Part shown: positions 11,024-22,652 of the stretch, piece after piece
How positions within the stretch are numbered: position 1 is the stretch's first letter
Layout of the letters: every line of letters starts with the position of its first letter
Assembly (NCBI GenBank): GCA_902543535.1
Contig: CACBYG010000007.1
Location: 3,746 to 67,745, forward strand
Source of the DNA: an uncultured Pelagibacteraceae bacterium
Lineage (GTDB): Bacteria > Pseudomonadota > Alphaproteobacteria > Pelagibacterales > Pelagibacteraceae
DNA length: 64,000 bases
Direction of reading: 5' to 3'
The notes under the pieces: generated by a model
Database searches by the model: none
Told to the model about the DNA's origin: nothing
Seen by the model: the letters and a program-made list of their open reading frames with translations, nothing else
Made by a program: the position numbers and the translations under genes

Positions 11024-12355
11024 TTATTTAATTTTTTTTGTAATTATGTTTATACACTTCACTAAGAGATCTAAATTTTCACTTTCACCCATCACTCTTA
11101 TCTTTGACTCTGTACCTGACTTCCTAACTAAAATTCTCCCATGTCCTTTGATTAATTTCTCTGCAATTTTTATAGATTTTTTTATATCTGATTTGTTTAA
11201 TATATTTTTATTTTTCACATCTATATTTTTTAATATTTGAGGAATTTTTTTAAATTTCGAAAAAAAAACACTAGCTTTTTTTCCTTTTCTCAAAGCAAAT
11301 AAAGCCTCTAAGGCAACTAACAAACCATCTCCAGTGGTTGCAAATTTTCCAAGAATAATATGCCCTGACTGTTCACCACCTAAATTAAATTTATGTTTTT
11401 GCATTTTTTCTTTCACATACCTATCACCAACATTTGCCCTGATAAAATTAATTTTAAGAGTTTTGAAGTATTGCTCTAAACCATAGTTGGACATTAAAGT
11501 GCCAACAACACCCCCTTTTAACATTTTTTTATTTTTCCATCTTGAGGCTAAAGCAGCAATGATTTGATCACCATCAATTATATTACTTTTTTCATCACAT
11601 AATATAACTCGATCAGCATCACCATCTAATGAAATACCAATATGAGCTTTATATTTTTTTACTGCTCTTTTAATATTGTTTGGATAGACTGATCCACAAT
11701 GTTTATTAATATTCATGCCATTTGGCTCCACTCCAATAGCTATTACTTTCGCTCCTAATGATTTTAATAATTCAGGACCAGCTTTATAACCTGCTCCATT
11801 TGCGCAGTCTATTACAATCCTAAGTCCTCTTAAATTAAACTCCTCTGAAAAGTTTTTTTTTAAAATTTTAATATAATCTCTAGTTCCTGTTTCTAATCTT
11901 TTCACTCTTCCTAATTTTACAGGTTCAGATAAATTTTTTTTAAAATTTTGATCTATTAAATATTCAATTTTCTTTTCAATTCTGTCAGATAATTTCATTC
12001 CATCTGGGCCAAATAATTTTAATCCATTATCATAATGCGGATTGTGCGATGCAGTTATCATAATCCCCATATTAGCTTTCATGCTTTTAGTAAGCATTGC
12101 TAAACCATTTGTTGGCAGAGGTCCCAAAGTGAAGACGTGCATTCCAGCTGAGGTTAATCCTGATACCAAAGCTGGTTCGAGCATATAACCTGATAGTCTT
12201 GTATCTTTAGCTATTACAGCAACTTGTTTGTTTTTTTTTTGTGATCTAAAAAAGGTTCCTGCTGCTAGACCAAATTTAAAAAACATGTCCCCGTTAATGT
12301 TTTTACTATTTATTGCACCTCTTATTCCATCAGTTCCGAAGTATTTTTTTGGCAT
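11024..12355 (-). CDS. glmM: phosphoglucosamine mutase
   Basis: YFGTDGIRG, ITASHNP, DGDADR, GGEQSGH. Confidence 0.98.
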   Translation of the reverse strand: MPKKYFGTDGIRGAINSKNINGDMFFKFGLAAGTFFRSQKKNKQVAVIAKDTRLSGYMLEPALVSGLTSAGMHVFTLGPLPTNGLAMLTKSMKANMGIMITASHNPHYDNGLKLFGPDGMKLSDRIEKKIEYLIDQNFKKNLSEPVKLGRVKRLETGTRDYIKILKKNFSEEFNLRGLRIVIDCANGAGYKAGPELLKSLGAKVIAIGVEPNGMNINKHCGSVYPNNIKRAVKKYKAHIGISLDGDADRVILCDEKSNIIDGDQIIAALASRWKNKKMLKGGVVGTLMSNYGLEQYFKTLKINFIRANVGDRYVKEKMQKHKFNLGGEQSGHIILGKFATTGDGLLVALEALFALRKGKKASVFFSKFKKIPQILKNIDVKNKNILNKSDIKKSIKIAEKLIKGHGRILVRKSGTESKIRVMGESENLDLLVKCINIITKKIK

Positions 12356-13407
12356 TAATTTTTAATTATCTCTTTGTAAACTTTTATACCCTGCATAATT
12401 TCATTAACATCGTGTATTCTCAAAATTTGAACACCTTGGGTCATCATATAAATTGTGGAAGCTACAGTGCCTCCAATCCTTAATTTACTATCATTATTTT
12501 TAGATATATCTTTAATAAACCTTTTTCTTGAATTACCCACAAGTATAGGAAAACCAAGTGAATGAAAAATAGAAATGTTCTTAATTAAATTCATATTATG
12601 TTTCAAATTTTTTCCAAAGCCTATGCCAGGATCAATGATTATTTTATTATGAGTTATTCCAATTGATCTTAAAAATTTTAATTTTTTCTCAAAAAAATCA
12701 TAAATATCTAACAATTCATTTTTGTAAGAAGGATTATTTTGCATATCTTCGGGAAGACCTTGTGAATGCTGCAATACAAATGGAGTGTTATTAAGCTTTA
12801 ATACTTTTGTAGTTTCTGGGTCATATTCCAAACCTGATACATCGTTGATTAACTTTACTCCAATTTGAATTCCTTTTTTCATTATATTTGATTTTCTGGT
12901 ATCTAAAGATATCGGTATTTTTTTGCTCAATAGTTTTAAAATTTTGTTTATTCTACTCCATTCTAACTTTTCATTTATAGGTTTAGATCCTGGTCTAGTA
13001 GACTCTCCTCCAATATCAATTAAGTTTGCACCTGAGTTATATAAATTTACAGCTTGTTGAATAGCTTTATCTATTTTATTAAATTTTCCTCCATCTGAAA
13101 AACTATCAGGTGTCAAATTTAATACTCCTAACAAATTAGGGGTTGCATTAAATTTTAAATTACAAAAACCTTTTTTTTTTAAAGTAATTTTCTTTAAATC
13201 AGTATTAATTTTTTTTTTTAACAATTGAGGTAATTTATTAATTTGATTAATAAATATTATTTTCTTAGATTTTCTTGTAATTATTTCAATTTGATCAAAT
13301 GAAATTTCTTTAATGCCGTGTAATGGCAGTGATTTGTTTTTGTTTACAAGAATTTTTGATTGAGTGCCATAATAGAAATTACACACTCTAGTGTAATATC
13401 TACGCAT
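12355..13407 (-). CDS. folP: dihydropteroate synthase with N-terminal extension
   Basis: LNLTPDSFSDGG, GGESTRPG, DPGIGFGK, SRKRF, RIHDV. Confidence 0.97.
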   Translation of the reverse strand: MRRYYTRVCNFYYGTQSKILVNKNKSLPLHGIKEISFDQIEIITRKSKKIIFINQINKLPQLLKKKINTDLKKITLKKKGFCNLKFNATPNLLGVLNLTPDSFSDGGKFNKIDKAIQQAVNLYNSGANLIDIGGESTRPGSKPINEKLEWSRINKILKLLSKKIPISLDTRKSNIMKKGIQIGVKLINDVSGLEYDPETTKVLKLNNTPFVLQHSQGLPEDMQNNPSYKNELLDIYDFFEKKLKFLRSIGITHNKIIIDPGIGFGKNLKHNMNLIKNISIFHSLGFPILVGNSRKRFIKDISKNNDSKLRIGGTVASTIYMMTQGVQILRIHDVNEIMQGIKVYKEIIKN

Positions 13408-13415
13408 CTATAAAA

Positions 13416-15308
13416 TTAGTGAACTATCTTTGGTTTAAGTCCCAACGAACTTAAGGCAGAGCCCTTGTCATTATCCTCTACTTTAATGTCTTCTTTATCT
13501 TTTGGATAAACATTTTTATTAATCAAATTCTCTATTTCTTCACCTGATAGAGTTTCATAAGTTAAAAGCGCTTTCGCCAACTTATGTAAATCATCAATTT
13601 TTTCCGTTAATACTTTTCTTGCTCTCTCATAACCTTTATCGACTATTTTTCTAATTTCAGAGTCAACTTTTTGTGCTGTTTCTTCTGACATATTTTGCTG
13701 TCTCGCAACTGATCTTCCCAAGAAAACTTCTTCTTCATTTTCTCCATATGCGACTGGCCCTAGTTCCTTGCTTAATCCTGCTCTCATAACCATAGCTCTA
13801 GCTCGTTTAGTTGCTTGTTCAATATCACTTGACGCTCCAGTAGTAACTTTATCTTCACCAAATATTATTTCTTCAGCAACTCTACCACCCATTGCGATAG
13901 CAAGTTGGGCATGCAATTGTTCACGTGTTTGTGATAATTCGTCTCTTTCAGGTAATTGCATGACCATACCAAGGGCTCTTCCTCTTGGAATTATAGTAGC
14001 TTTATGAATTGGATAAGCTGCACTCTCATTAATAGTTACAATTGCATGTCCAGCTTCGTGATAAGCCGTTAAAGTTTTTTCTTCTTCAGTCATTACCATT
14101 GATCGTCTTTCAGACCCCATCATCACTTTATCTTTTGCATCCTCAAATTCCACTAAAGTAACAATTCTTTTATTTTTTCTAGCAGCTAACAAAGCTGCCT
14201 CGTTAACAAGATTCGCTAAATCTGCACCTGAAAACCCTGGCGTACCTCTTGCAACTGTTCTTAAATTAACGTCTGGTGCCATCTTAATTTTCTTAACATG
14301 AACTTTAAGAATTTTTTCTCTTCCAATTATATCTGGATTAGAGACAACCACTTGTCTATCAAATCTACCAGGTCTTAATAATGCAGGGTCTAATACGTCA
14401 GGTCTGTTAGTTGCAGCAATTATAATAACCCCTTCATTGGTATCAAAACCATCCATTTCAACTAATAATTGGTTTAAGGTTTGTTCTCTCTCGTCATTGC
14501 CTCCACCTAAACCTGCGCCACGGCTTCTTCCAACAGCATCAATCTCATCAATAAATATTATACATGGAGAATTTTTCTTTCCTTGTTCAAACATGTCTCG
14601 AACTCTTGATGCACCAACACCGACAAACATCTCAACAAAATCTGAACCTGAAATAGTAAAAAAAGGAACTCCTGCTTCTCCAGCAATTGCTCTAGCTAAT
14701 AAAGTTTTTCCTGTTCCGGGCGGTCCAACTAACAATGCACCTCTTGGTATTTTTCCACCAAGTCTGCTAAATTTTTTAGGATCCTTTAAAAATTCTACAA
14801 TCTCTTCTACTTCTTCTTTAGCTTCTTCTACCCCTGCTACGTCATTAAATGTGACTTTTCCTTTTAGTTCATTCATCATTTTTGCTTTTGACTTTCCAAA
14901 GCCCATTGCTCCACCTCTTCCACCTTGCATCTGTCTCATAAAGAAAATCCAAACAGCAATTAATAACAGCATTGGAAACCAAGAAAGTAATACCCCAAAT
15001 AAAGATGGCATTTTTTCCTCCAAGGGTGCAGCTGAAATACTCACGCCTTTTTCAGATAGCTTTTCAATCAAATTTGGATCGTTAGGGGAATATGTGGTAA
15101 ATAAATTACCATTAGAATAAACACCTTTAATATTGTTACCTTGTATCTCAACTTTTAAAACTTCTCCATTATCAACTGAAGTTAAAAAATCTGAAAAAAT
15201 TATTTGATTACCACCTCTAGGATTTGATTGTGGGCTTTTAAACATATTATAGAGACCAATAGTTAGGAAAACTATTATTCCCCACATTGCAAGATTTTTT
15301 AAATTCAT
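13416..15308 (-). CDS. ftsH: ATP-dependent zinc metalloprotease FtsH
   Basis: [19 protein letters not shown]. Confidence 0.99.
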   Translation of the reverse strand: MNLKNLAMWGIIVFLTIGLYNMFKSPQSNPRGGNQIIFSDFLTSVDNGEVLKVEIQGNNIKGVYSNGNLFTTYSPNDPNLIEKLSEKGVSISAAPLEEKMPSLFGVLLSWFPMLLLIAVWIFFMRQMQGGRGGAMGFGKSKAKMMNELKGKVTFNDVAGVEEAKEEVEEIVEFLKDPKKFSRLGGKIPRGALLVGPPGTGKTLLARAIAGEAGVPFFTISGSDFVEMFVGVGASRVRDMFEQGKKNSPCIIFIDEIDAVGRSRGAGLGGGNDEREQTLNQLLVEMDGFDTNEGVIIIAATNRPDVLDPALLRPGRFDRQVVVSNPDIIGREKILKVHVKKIKMAPDVNLRTVARGTPGFSGADLANLVNEAALLAARKNKRIVTLVEFEDAKDKVMMGSERRSMVMTEEEKTLTAYHEAGHAIVTINESAAYPIHKATIIPRGRALGMVMQLPERDELSQTREQLHAQLAIAMGGRVAEEIIFGEDKVTTGASSDIEQATKRARAMVMRAGLSKELGPVAYGENEEEVFLGRSVARQQNMSEETAQKVDSEIRKIVDKGYERARKVLTEKIDDLHKLAKALLTYETLSGEEIENLINKNVYPKDKEDIKVEDNDKGSALSSLGLKPKIVH

Positions 15309-15371
15309 AGTCTTAAAATAAGAATTATTATAAATTAAACAAGTGACAAAATATCAACCAAATTATTGTAT

Positions 15372-16406
15372 TTAATGCTCTTTTACAACAATGATTGATT
15401 GATTTACTTTATAGATGATGCAATTTCCAAGTGTAAGTTTAAAAGAAGATCTGGCTTCGCCTTTTAATTTATCAATTATTTTGTCAACTTTCTTTCCTCT
15501 AACAGAGTAATATTTGTTACCAACAAATTTAATTATTTCACTTAAAGATCTAAAAGTTACTTCATGAGGTTGATTAAAAAATACTTCATTTAAAATAATT
15601 TTACTTTTATCTTTGTAAATATATGAATTTTCTTTTATGTTTTTTGCAACATAAAATTTTATGGTTTCATTAGAGTCTGTTAAATTTTTAATTGTTAGCA
15701 GAAATTTATTCTTGTCGAGCCCATCGTTCTGAAGATTTTTTATTAACTTTCTTATTCTTACTCTTTTAAATTTATTGTCCTCATTAGAAGGATCTTGAAA
15801 ATAAGACTTAAAAATTTTTGTAGTAACGTAATTTAAATCTTTTTTTTCAAAACTTATTAGTGGTCTAACTATATTTATTTTATCTATTTGAGTTCTTTCA
15901 CTAAAAGAAACTAAGCCATTAAGGCCGCTCCCTCTAGAAATTCTTATAAAAAAATTTTCATATAAGTCGTCTATGTGATGACCTGTCAAAATAGTTTTGA
16001 TATCCAATTTTTTTGCTTGATTAATTAAAAGACTATATCTTTTATTTCTAGCTAAAGACTGGATATTGCTAATGGGTTTTTTTCCATACCACTTTAAAAT
16101 GTCTGACTTTATATTGTATTTTTTTAATAGATTTTTTACTGCTTTTGCTTCAGTAGATGAATTTTTTCTTAGTCTATGATCAACAATATAATAATATGCA
16201 TTTAATGATTTTTTAATTGAATAAATTTTAGTTAAAAAGCATAAGGCCATGCTGTCTGGACCACCAGAAACCCCAACTGTAAAATCTTGATTTAATTTAA
16301 GAATATCCTCGAATTTTCTATAAATTTGAAATATTCGTTTATCTCTTAATTTGTTAAGTAAAATTTTATGAGTCTTGTTTGATACATTCAAATTTTTTGG
16401 ACTCAT
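15372..16406 (-). CDS. tilS: tRNA(Ile)-lysidine synthetase
   Basis: VSGGPDS, VDHRLR, ARNKRY, GHHIDD, DPSN. Confidence 0.96.
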   Translation of the reverse strand: MSPKNLNVSNKTHKILLNKLRDKRIFQIYRKFEDILKLNQDFTVGVSGGPDSMALCFLTKIYSIKKSLNAYYYIVDHRLRKNSSTEAKAVKNLLKKYNIKSDILKWYGKKPISNIQSLARNKRYSLLINQAKKLDIKTILTGHHIDDLYENFFIRISRGSGLNGLVSFSERTQIDKINIVRPLISFEKKDLNYVTTKIFKSYFQDPSNEDNKFKRVRIRKLIKNLQNDGLDKNKFLLTIKNLTDSNETIKFYVAKNIKENSYIYKDKSKIILNEVFFNQPHEVTFRSLSEIIKFVGNKYYSVRGKKVDKIIDKLKGEARSSFKLTLGNCIIYKVNQSIIVVKEH

Positions 16407-17379
16407 ATTTTGCTTTTTGTATTACTGATTGATTTGCATTAGGATATTGCAGCTCTACACCATTGATCATTTTACATCCTTGATCTTTTTCCCCAATTTG
16501 TACCATTGATACTCCTAGTTTTAATAAATTTATTGGTGCCTTCTTGCCTTTTGGATATTTTTGATATCCCTCTAAATATGCAGATGCAGCATCCGTGTAC
16601 AGTTGTCTTATTCTAAATGTTTCTGCATACCAATATTGAGCGCTTCCTGCTAATTCGTGATCTGTATTAGAAAGAACAAATTCTCTAAAAGCCCTTTCAG
16701 CTGTACTGTAATCTCCAACTTTTAAAAAACTAGTCGCAAATTCATACTGTTTTTCTGGTGGAACATCTTGAGGTAATATTTTATCCTCTGATTGAAAATT
16801 TTCAGTTACGATTGTTGCAGTAGTTTCAACTGATTGAATTTGTTGGGATGTATTTGAAGTTTCTGTATCTTTATAAGATATAGAACCAAGATCTTGTGGC
16901 TGAGAACTACCCGGAAGGATTTTATTCTCATCTATTTTAGGTTTTGAACTTAATTTAGATGAACTTTCACCTAATATCTCTGAGCTGAGTGATGACTCTA
17001 TATCTTGAAATCTTACTTGATTATCAGCTTGAATTTTTGACAACCTATTTGAAAGCTTATCAAGTTTAAAATTTATTTCTTCAAATTTATTTGTTAGTTC
17101 TCGAAATTGACCTTCGATTTGGGACAATTTAAGCAAATGTCTCGTAAGAACATCTTCTGAATTTGGATCTAATTCTAAATTTGAGCTACTAATCGATGAA
17201 TTTTCTATTTCAATTGATCCAGAATAAACCGCTCTTTCCAGAGTTTTAAGGTCATTTTTTATAATTTCTAAAGTTTCATAGATATTATGATTATCAGCAA
17301 AGGAGTTACTAATTATGACAAGATTAAAAACAAAAATAATCTTTAATACGATTAATTTAAAAAACAATCTCATTAACAT
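16366..17379 (-). CDS. cpoB: tol-pal system protein CpoB/YbgF
   Basis: Signal peptide, coiled coil, C-terminal TPR (AQYWYAE, YPKGKKAP), downstream of pal. Confidence 0.9.
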   Translation of the reverse strand: MLMRLFFKLIVLKIIFVFNLVIISNSFADNHNIYETLEIIKNDLKTLERAVYSGSIEIENSSISSSNLELDPNSEDVLTRHLLKLSQIEGQFRELTNKFEEINFKLDKLSNRLSKIQADNQVRFQDIESSLSSEILGESSSKLSSKPKIDENKILPGSSQPQDLGSISYKDTETSNTSQQIQSVETTATIVTENFQSEDKILPQDVPPEKQYEFATSFLKVGDYSTAERAFREFVLSNTDHELAGSAQYWYAETFRIRQLYTDAASAYLEGYQKYPKGKKAPINLLKLGVSMVQIGEKDQGCKMINGVELQYPNANQSVIQKAKYESKKFECIKQDS

Positions 17380-17404
17380 AACACTTTATGATTATAAAAA
17401 TGGC

Positions 17405-17445
17405 AAAAAAAAGACCCCAAAACTACTAATGTAGTTGGGGTCTTT
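17405..17445 (-). terminator. rho-independent terminator after pal
   Basis: Minus strand AAAGACCCCAA-CTAC-ATTA-GTAG-TT-TTGGGGTC followed by T8. Confidence 0.85.
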
Positions 17446-17457
17446 AAAATAAAGTTT

Positions 17458-17949
17458 TTAATTTGCTTTAACAGTAACTGATCTTCTATTTTTTGACCAA
17501 GACAATGGATTTGAACCAGAGTCAACTGGTCTTTCTTTTCCATAACTTAATACTGTAATTCTGTCAGAAGATATTCCGTAAGTCATTAAATAATCTTTAG
17601 CTGCATTGGCTCTTCTCTCTCCAAGCGCTAAGTTATATTCTCTAGTTCCTCTTTCATCTGCATGACCTTCAAGTACTACATTAATACCTGAATTCTTTCT
17701 TAACCATGCAGCTTGTGCTCTTAAAGTTTCCCTAGAAGCAGTAGTTAAAATTGACTCATTTGTTGCAAAGAAAACTCTGTCTGGAACTCCCTCAGCTAGA
17801 TATTTAACTGTATCAGTTCCCGTATAAACATCACCTTGCATTGACCCTTCTATGTCAGTTGCAATTTCTTTTTTGGTTGCACAAGCTGATAAAACTAGGC
17901 ATGCAGTTAATACTAAAAGTGTGTTTTTTAAAATTTTGCTTAATGTCAT
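17458..17949 (-). CDS. pal: peptidoglycan-associated lipoprotein
   Basis: Lipobox LSAC, EGHADERGTREYNLALGERRA. ATG at 17949 is preceded by AAGGAG. Confidence 0.97.
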   Translation of the reverse strand: MTLSKILKNTLLVLTACLVLSACATKKEIATDIEGSMQGDVYTGTDTVKYLAEGVPDRVFFATNESILTTASRETLRAQAAWLRKNSGINVVLEGHADERGTREYNLALGERRANAAKDYLMTYGISSDRITVLSYGKERPVDSGSNPLSWSKNRRSVTVKAN

Positions 17950-18057
17950 TAAATTGCTCCTTGCTGCTAATTTCAAAGTGTTACTTTTTCACAACTAATT
18001 AGAGGTTTCAAGTCTAAAAATCAAGAAATTTTCAATAATTCTAAGCTTAAATTTATA

Positions 18058-19398
18058 TTAATTACTTAATAAAGATGACCATGATGGGTCTGATGCATCA
18101 GTAGGTGTCTTTATTTTACGCTCATTATAACCAGTCAAATCAATAGACCACAACTTTGCAGTAAACCCTTCCCCTTTATCGTTAGTTTTTGTTTCTCTGT
18201 AAAAAATTAAAACTCTTCCATTTGGTGACCATGAAGGGGCCTCTTGATAGTAATTTTCAGTTAACAGTCTCTCACCTTTTCCATCTGTTCTCATGACACC
18301 AATATAAAATTTACCTTTATGTAATTTGGTAAATGCAATTAAATCTCCCCTTGGGGACCAAACTGGAGTTCCATATAGCCCATTTCCAAATGAAATTCTT
18401 TTCACATCACTGCCGTCACTTTTCATTATATAAATCTGTTGATAGCCACTTCTGTCAGAGTTGAATGTTATATATTTTCCATCAGGAGAATAAGATGGTG
18501 AAGTATCGATAGACGGATGATTTGTAATTCTCTCTACAATTCTATTCTCTAAGTCCATAGTGTAAATGTCAGATTTACCATCTTTTGCAAAACTCATTAT
18601 AATTTTCTTTCCATCTGGAGAAAATCTTGGTGCAAATGTCATACCAGGAAAATCTCCCACGACCTCCTGTGTCCCTGTCTCAATATCTAATAGGTAAACT
18701 CTTGGAAGATTTTTAAAGTAGGATAAATATGTAACCATTTGGCTAGTTGGATTAAATCTTGGAGTGAGTACTAATTCATTTCCTAAGGTTAAAAATTTAT
18801 TATTGAAGCCGTCTTGGTCCATAATTGCTAATTTTTTTATTCTTTGTGTTTTTGGACCTTCCTCAGCAACATAAATAATTCTGGTATCAAAGTATCCTTT
18901 TTCTCCAGTCAATCTCTCATAAACTTTATCAGAAATGATATGACCTACTCTTCGCCAATTAGTTGGAACTGTAGTGAAAGCTAAAGCCATCATCTCTTTA
19001 GCGGCAAGCACATCCCATAATCTAAACTCAACTCTTAATTTATCATCCACAAAATTTACTTTGCCTGTTATAAGTGCTTGTGCTTTAATTAAATTCCAAT
19101 CTTCAAATCTTGGTTTGAGATTAGCGATATCAGGAGCTTGTAAAAATGCTTCTTTATTTAAAGGATTAAATAATCCTGATGTACTCAAATTATTTTCTAC
19201 GATAGTTGAGATTTCTTCTCCAATATTTTCTTTTTTTAAAACTTTTTGAAAACTTTTTCTTGATTTTTCATCAATAGATAAAGGTGAGACTGCTAATGGA
19301 AGAGGATCAAGATTACCTCGAGTAATATCAACCTCAATTAAGGCGTGCGAGTTGATCGGGATTAAAATTAAAAATAAAGTAATAATTTTTTTTATCAT
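18058..19398 (-). CDS. tolB: TolB
   Basis: Signal peptide, PD40 repeats (PRFSPDG, PSWSPNG). Confidence 0.97.
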   Translation of the reverse strand: MIKKIITLFLILIPINSHALIEVDITRGNLDPLPLAVSPLSIDEKSRKSFQKVLKKENIGEEISTIVENNLSTSGLFNPLNKEAFLQAPDIANLKPRFEDWNLIKAQALITGKVNFVDDKLRVEFRLWDVLAAKEMMALAFTTVPTNWRRVGHIISDKVYERLTGEKGYFDTRIIYVAEEGPKTQRIKKLAIMDQDGFNNKFLTLGNELVLTPRFNPTSQMVTYLSYFKNLPRVYLLDIETGTQEVVGDFPGMTFAPRFSPDGKKIIMSFAKDGKSDIYTMDLENRIVERITNHPSIDTSPSYSPDGKYITFNSDRSGYQQIYIMKSDGSDVKRISFGNGLYGTPVWSPRGDLIAFTKLHKGKFYIGVMRTDGKGERLLTENYYQEAPSWSPNGRVLIFYRETKTNDKGEGFTAKLWSIDLTGYNERKIKTPTDASDPSWSSLLSN

Positions 19399-19411
19399 AT
19401 TAATATTTATA

Positions 19412-20272
19412 CTAGCCTTCTAGCATCTCTCTTGCATCAAAATTTAATTGTAATTCCTTCCATCTCTCGTAACCTGTTGTTGGAACTCTTAAAGGCTGAC
19501 ATAACTTTACAGCCCTTAAAGCACTTTCTGCTAAAACTTTGTAAAAACCTTGCCCTGGTTTATTCATCCTTGCATGATCTAAGATTTCAGTTTTTGTTAC
19601 TGATCCGTCAGGTTTTAATTTTAATTTAATTCTTACTAGCAAGTTTTCGTTATAAGGTAAACCTAATGGAATACTCCAACATCCAAAAATTTGTGCTTTA
19701 AGTGCATCTTCTTCACTTAATGTAAGTCCGGTGTTTTCAATATTCTTCTGCTGATCTTGAGAAATATCATTATTTTTTTTAATTACTTCAGCAGTTTCTT
19801 CTTTAGATTTATCAATTAATGCAGCAATATTATTTGGATCAAATAAATCTTTTTTTTCAAATTCTGAAACCTGTTTCACTTCTTTATCAACTTTTTCTGG
19901 ATTTTGCTTATTTTCTTCTATTGTTTTAATTTTTTTTACAGTTTTATCTGGAAGAGGGATTGCCTCAGGTGTTTGATTTTCAATTTTTTTATTTTTTTGA
20001 TCTGGAGAAACTACAGTTTTAGTTTTTGTTTTTTTTACTTTTTTTGGTGGAGCCTGTTCAGAAACAAGTTTTTCTTTTTCCTTAACTTTCTCTATAATTT
20101 TTTTTGCTTTTGGGGCAAAAGGAACATTTGTTTTTTCAGATATCTGAATTAATTCAACTGAAACAATAGGAGGGATGTCTAAAGGTTTTTTTGTTAAAAA
20201 AGGGAGGCTCATTGCTGTAACAACAATTAATAGTACATGAAAAACAGAAGAGATAATTATACTTCTATTCAA
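19412..20272 (-). CDS. tolA: TolA
   Basis: N-terminal TM, Lys/Glu/Pro linker, C-terminal CW..ESALRAV..C.PL domain. Confidence 0.88.
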   Translation of the reverse strand: MNRSIIISSVFHVLLIVVTAMSLPFLTKKPLDIPPIVSVELIQISEKTNVPFAPKAKKIIEKVKEKEKLVSEQAPPKKVKKTKTKTVVSPDQKNKKIENQTPEAIPLPDKTVKKIKTIEENKQNPEKVDKEVKQVSEFEKKDLFDPNNIAALIDKSKEETAEVIKKNNDISQDQQKNIENTGLTLSEEDALKAQIFGCWSIPLGLPYNENLLVRIKLKLKPDGSVTKTEILDHARMNKPGQGFYKVLAESALRAVKLCQPLRVPTTGYERWKELQLNFDAREMLEG

Positions 20273-20277
20273 TTTAT

Positions 20278-20694
20278 CTACCTCTGTTTGTAAGGTTCTG
20301 ATATTAATGCTACCTTTGTAAAACCAGATCCAGAAAGTAGTCCCATTATTTCAAGCACTCTTCCATAATTTATAGTTTTGTCGCCTCTTACATATATTCT
20401 CGTATCAGTTCTATTTTTTGAAACTGCCAAGACCTTTGCGATAATATTGTTATACTCAACTTTAGACTCTTGGATGAATATCTCCCCTTTTGCATTTATA
20501 GATAATGTTAATGGTTCAGTTTCTTCAGGAAGAGAGTCTGCAGAGCTTTCTGGTAAATCTACTTGAACACCGACAGTTAATAAAGGTGCGGTTACCATAA
20601 AAATAATCAATAATACTAACATTACATCCACAAATGGAGTAACATTGATTTCACTCATGGGTTCTTTTGAAGAACGATTTAATCTAAACGCCAT
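20278..20694 (-). CDS. tolR: TolR
   Basis: EINVTPFVDVMLVLLIIFMVTAP. Confidence 0.97.
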   Translation of the reverse strand: MAFRLNRSSKEPMSEINVTPFVDVMLVLLIIFMVTAPLLTVGVQVDLPESSADSLPEETEPLTLSINAKGEIFIQESKVEYNNIIAKVLAVSKNRTDTRIYVRGDKTINYGRVLEIMGLLSGSGFTKVALISEPYKQR

Positions 20695-21369
20695 TTAAAT
20701 TATAGTTAAAAACCTTTTTGAAAAATTTTCTAATTTTTCAGAATACTTTTTGGAGTCGTTGTTAAATTTATTGTAAGCTACAACTGCAGGTATTGCTGCT
20801 AATAAACCTAATGCAGTTGCAAATAATGCTTCGGCTATTCCTGGTGCTACTATTGCAAGACTAGTATTTCTTGAAATTGCAATTGATTGAAAAGAATTCA
20901 TAATTCCCCAGACTGTTCCAAATAAACCTATAAATGGTGCAGTAGAGCCAACTGTAGCTAAAAAAGTAAATCCTTTATCAATTTTTGCCATTTGTTTCTC
21001 AATTCCACTTTCTAAAAGTGCACTCATCCTTTCACTTAAATTATTTCTTGTTTTTTTCTTCAACAAACCCTCCATAGCATTTTGAAAAACTAACGCCATA
21101 GGATCTTCAAGTTTAGATGGCAAACTATTGTATAAATTTTCGGCAGACTTAGAATTCCAAAATTTTTCTTCAAATTCTTCAGAAGATTTATTTATTTTTT
21201 TAAATAATCTAAATTTATCTATGATTACTGCCCAAGAATATACTGAGCAAAGTATCAAAATAATCATTACTGATTTTACAATTATGTCAGCTCTTAAAAA
21301 TAAGCTAAATAAAGAAAAATCCGTGTTGGTGCCTAGTTCTACAGCTTTTGCTGCTATGTCTGCTTCCAT
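20695..21369 (-). CDS. tolQ: TolQ
   Basis: APFIGLFGTVWGIM, VAPGIAEAL. Confidence 0.97.
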   Translation of the reverse strand: MEADIAAKAVELGTNTDFSLFSLFLRADIIVKSVMIILILCSVYSWAVIIDKFRLFKKINKSSEEFEEKFWNSKSAENLYNSLPSKLEDPMALVFQNAMEGLLKKKTRNNLSERMSALLESGIEKQMAKIDKGFTFLATVGSTAPFIGLFGTVWGIMNSFQSIAISRNTSLAIVAPGIAEALFATALGLLAAIPAVVAYNKFNNDSKKYSEKLENFSKRFLTII

Positions 21370-21422
21370 AATTATTCTTCACACTTAAATGTGTCATGAA
21401 TTTGACTTGAATTATACTGTTA

Positions 21423-21917
21423 TTACTCCTCTTTTTTATATGTCTCAAAGAAATAACTAGCTATTAGAATAGCATCTGCCTTATTAGAATCCTTTTTTCT
21501 TGATAGATGAGATGAATAATATGGAAAAATTTCAATTGCCCTTGTTCTACTTGCGTCTTTTTCAGAATTAATCAAATTAAAATATTTCTTCCATTTTGCA
21601 GGTCGAACAAAGTAAACAGAAAGCTGCATAGCGCTACAAATTCCTTTGAGAATTCCAAAAGATTGACCAAAATTGAACATGCTAGTAACTCCTTGACCTG
21701 GCATTGCTGTAACGTGCTCTATAACTACTTTTATATTTTTTTTATCCATATTTTTTATTTTCTCTGAAATTTCGTTAAAAATCTGAGATCCATTTACTTG
21801 CTTTTTATTCTTTTTACCTTCAATCATGGTTGGCATCTCTACCACATCTTTTATTGCTCCATCTTGAAAGAAACAAATTGACCCTGATATTCCTGGATCA
21901 ATTCCTATTATTAACAT
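21423..21917 (-). CDS. RuvC-superfamily Holliday junction resolvase, MOC1/phage-like
   Basis: IIGIDPG, VVIE, PGQGVTSMFNFG, PAKWK, KDASR, ADAILIA. Sits at the ruvC position after yebC. Confidence 0.8.
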   Translation of the reverse strand: MLIIGIDPGISGSICFFQDGAIKDVVEMPTMIEGKKNKKQVNGSQIFNEISEKIKNMDKKNIKVVIEHVTAMPGQGVTSMFNFGQSFGILKGICSAMQLSVYFVRPAKWKKYFNLINSEKDASRTRAIEIFPYYSSHLSRKKDSNKADAILIASYFFETYKKEE

Positions 21918-22642
21918 CAATTAACCTCTAAATTTACATTTGAAAAAACATTTTGTACATCGTCATCATCTTCTAAGCTGTCTAAAAATTCTGTTACATT
22001 ATTTTTTTTTTCATTCTGAATATCTACACTATTTAGAGGTATCCATTCTATCTCTGTTGAAATGAAATTAGCTATTGTTTTTTCTAAATTTTTTTTAACA
22101 TTATAAATTTCACTAATAGTACAATGAATTTCATGAAAATCACTATGAGATATGCACTCATCAGCTCCAGCATCGATTGCTATTTCCAAAATATTGTCCT
22201 CAGAGATTTCTTTTTTATCAATCTTAATGACTCCCAATTGTTTAAAATTATGTGAGGCAGATCCCTGGGTTCCTAAACTCCCTCCATTTTTTTGAAAAAT
22301 TGTTCTTATGTTAGAGGCTGTTCTATTTTTATTATCTGTTAACGTCTCCACTATAACAGCAATTTTATCAGGCCCAAATCCCTCATATCTTAAATTCTCA
22401 AAATTGGATCCATTTGTTGCAGAAGATTTATCAATTGCTCTCTCAATATTGTCTTTTGGCATATTGGCAGATCGTGCGGCTTGAATAGCAGATCTTAATC
22501 TAGGATTCATTGCAGGGTCTTTATCACCAAGTTTTGCAGCAACTGTAATTTCTTTTGATAATTTTGAAAAAATTTTTGAACGCTGTTTATCTGCTTTACC
22601 TTTTTTATGCTTTATTCCAGCCCAGTGAGAGTGTCCTGCCAT
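21917..22642 (-). CDS. yebC: YebC/PmpR family protein
   Basis: MAGHSHWAGIKHKK, YEGFGP, TDNKNRT, LEDDDDVQNV. Confidence 0.97.
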   Translation of the reverse strand: MAGHSHWAGIKHKKGKADKQRSKIFSKLSKEITVAAKLGDKDPAMNPRLRSAIQAARSANMPKDNIERAIDKSSATNGSNFENLRYEGFGPDKIAVIVETLTDNKNRTASNIRTIFQKNGGSLGTQGSASHNFKQLGVIKIDKKEISEDNILEIAIDAGADECISHSDFHEIHCTISEIYNVKKNLEKTIANFISTEIEWIPLNSVDIQNEKKNNVTEFLDSLEDDDDVQNVFSNVNLEVN

Positions 22643-22652
22643 AATTTTTTAT

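Noticed and set aside
14437-15120. 227-aa ORF antisense to ftsH, and the other short antisense or nested ORFs in the track
   Set aside because: They lie inside well-supported genes, have no recognisable motifs, and fit codon-bias shadows.
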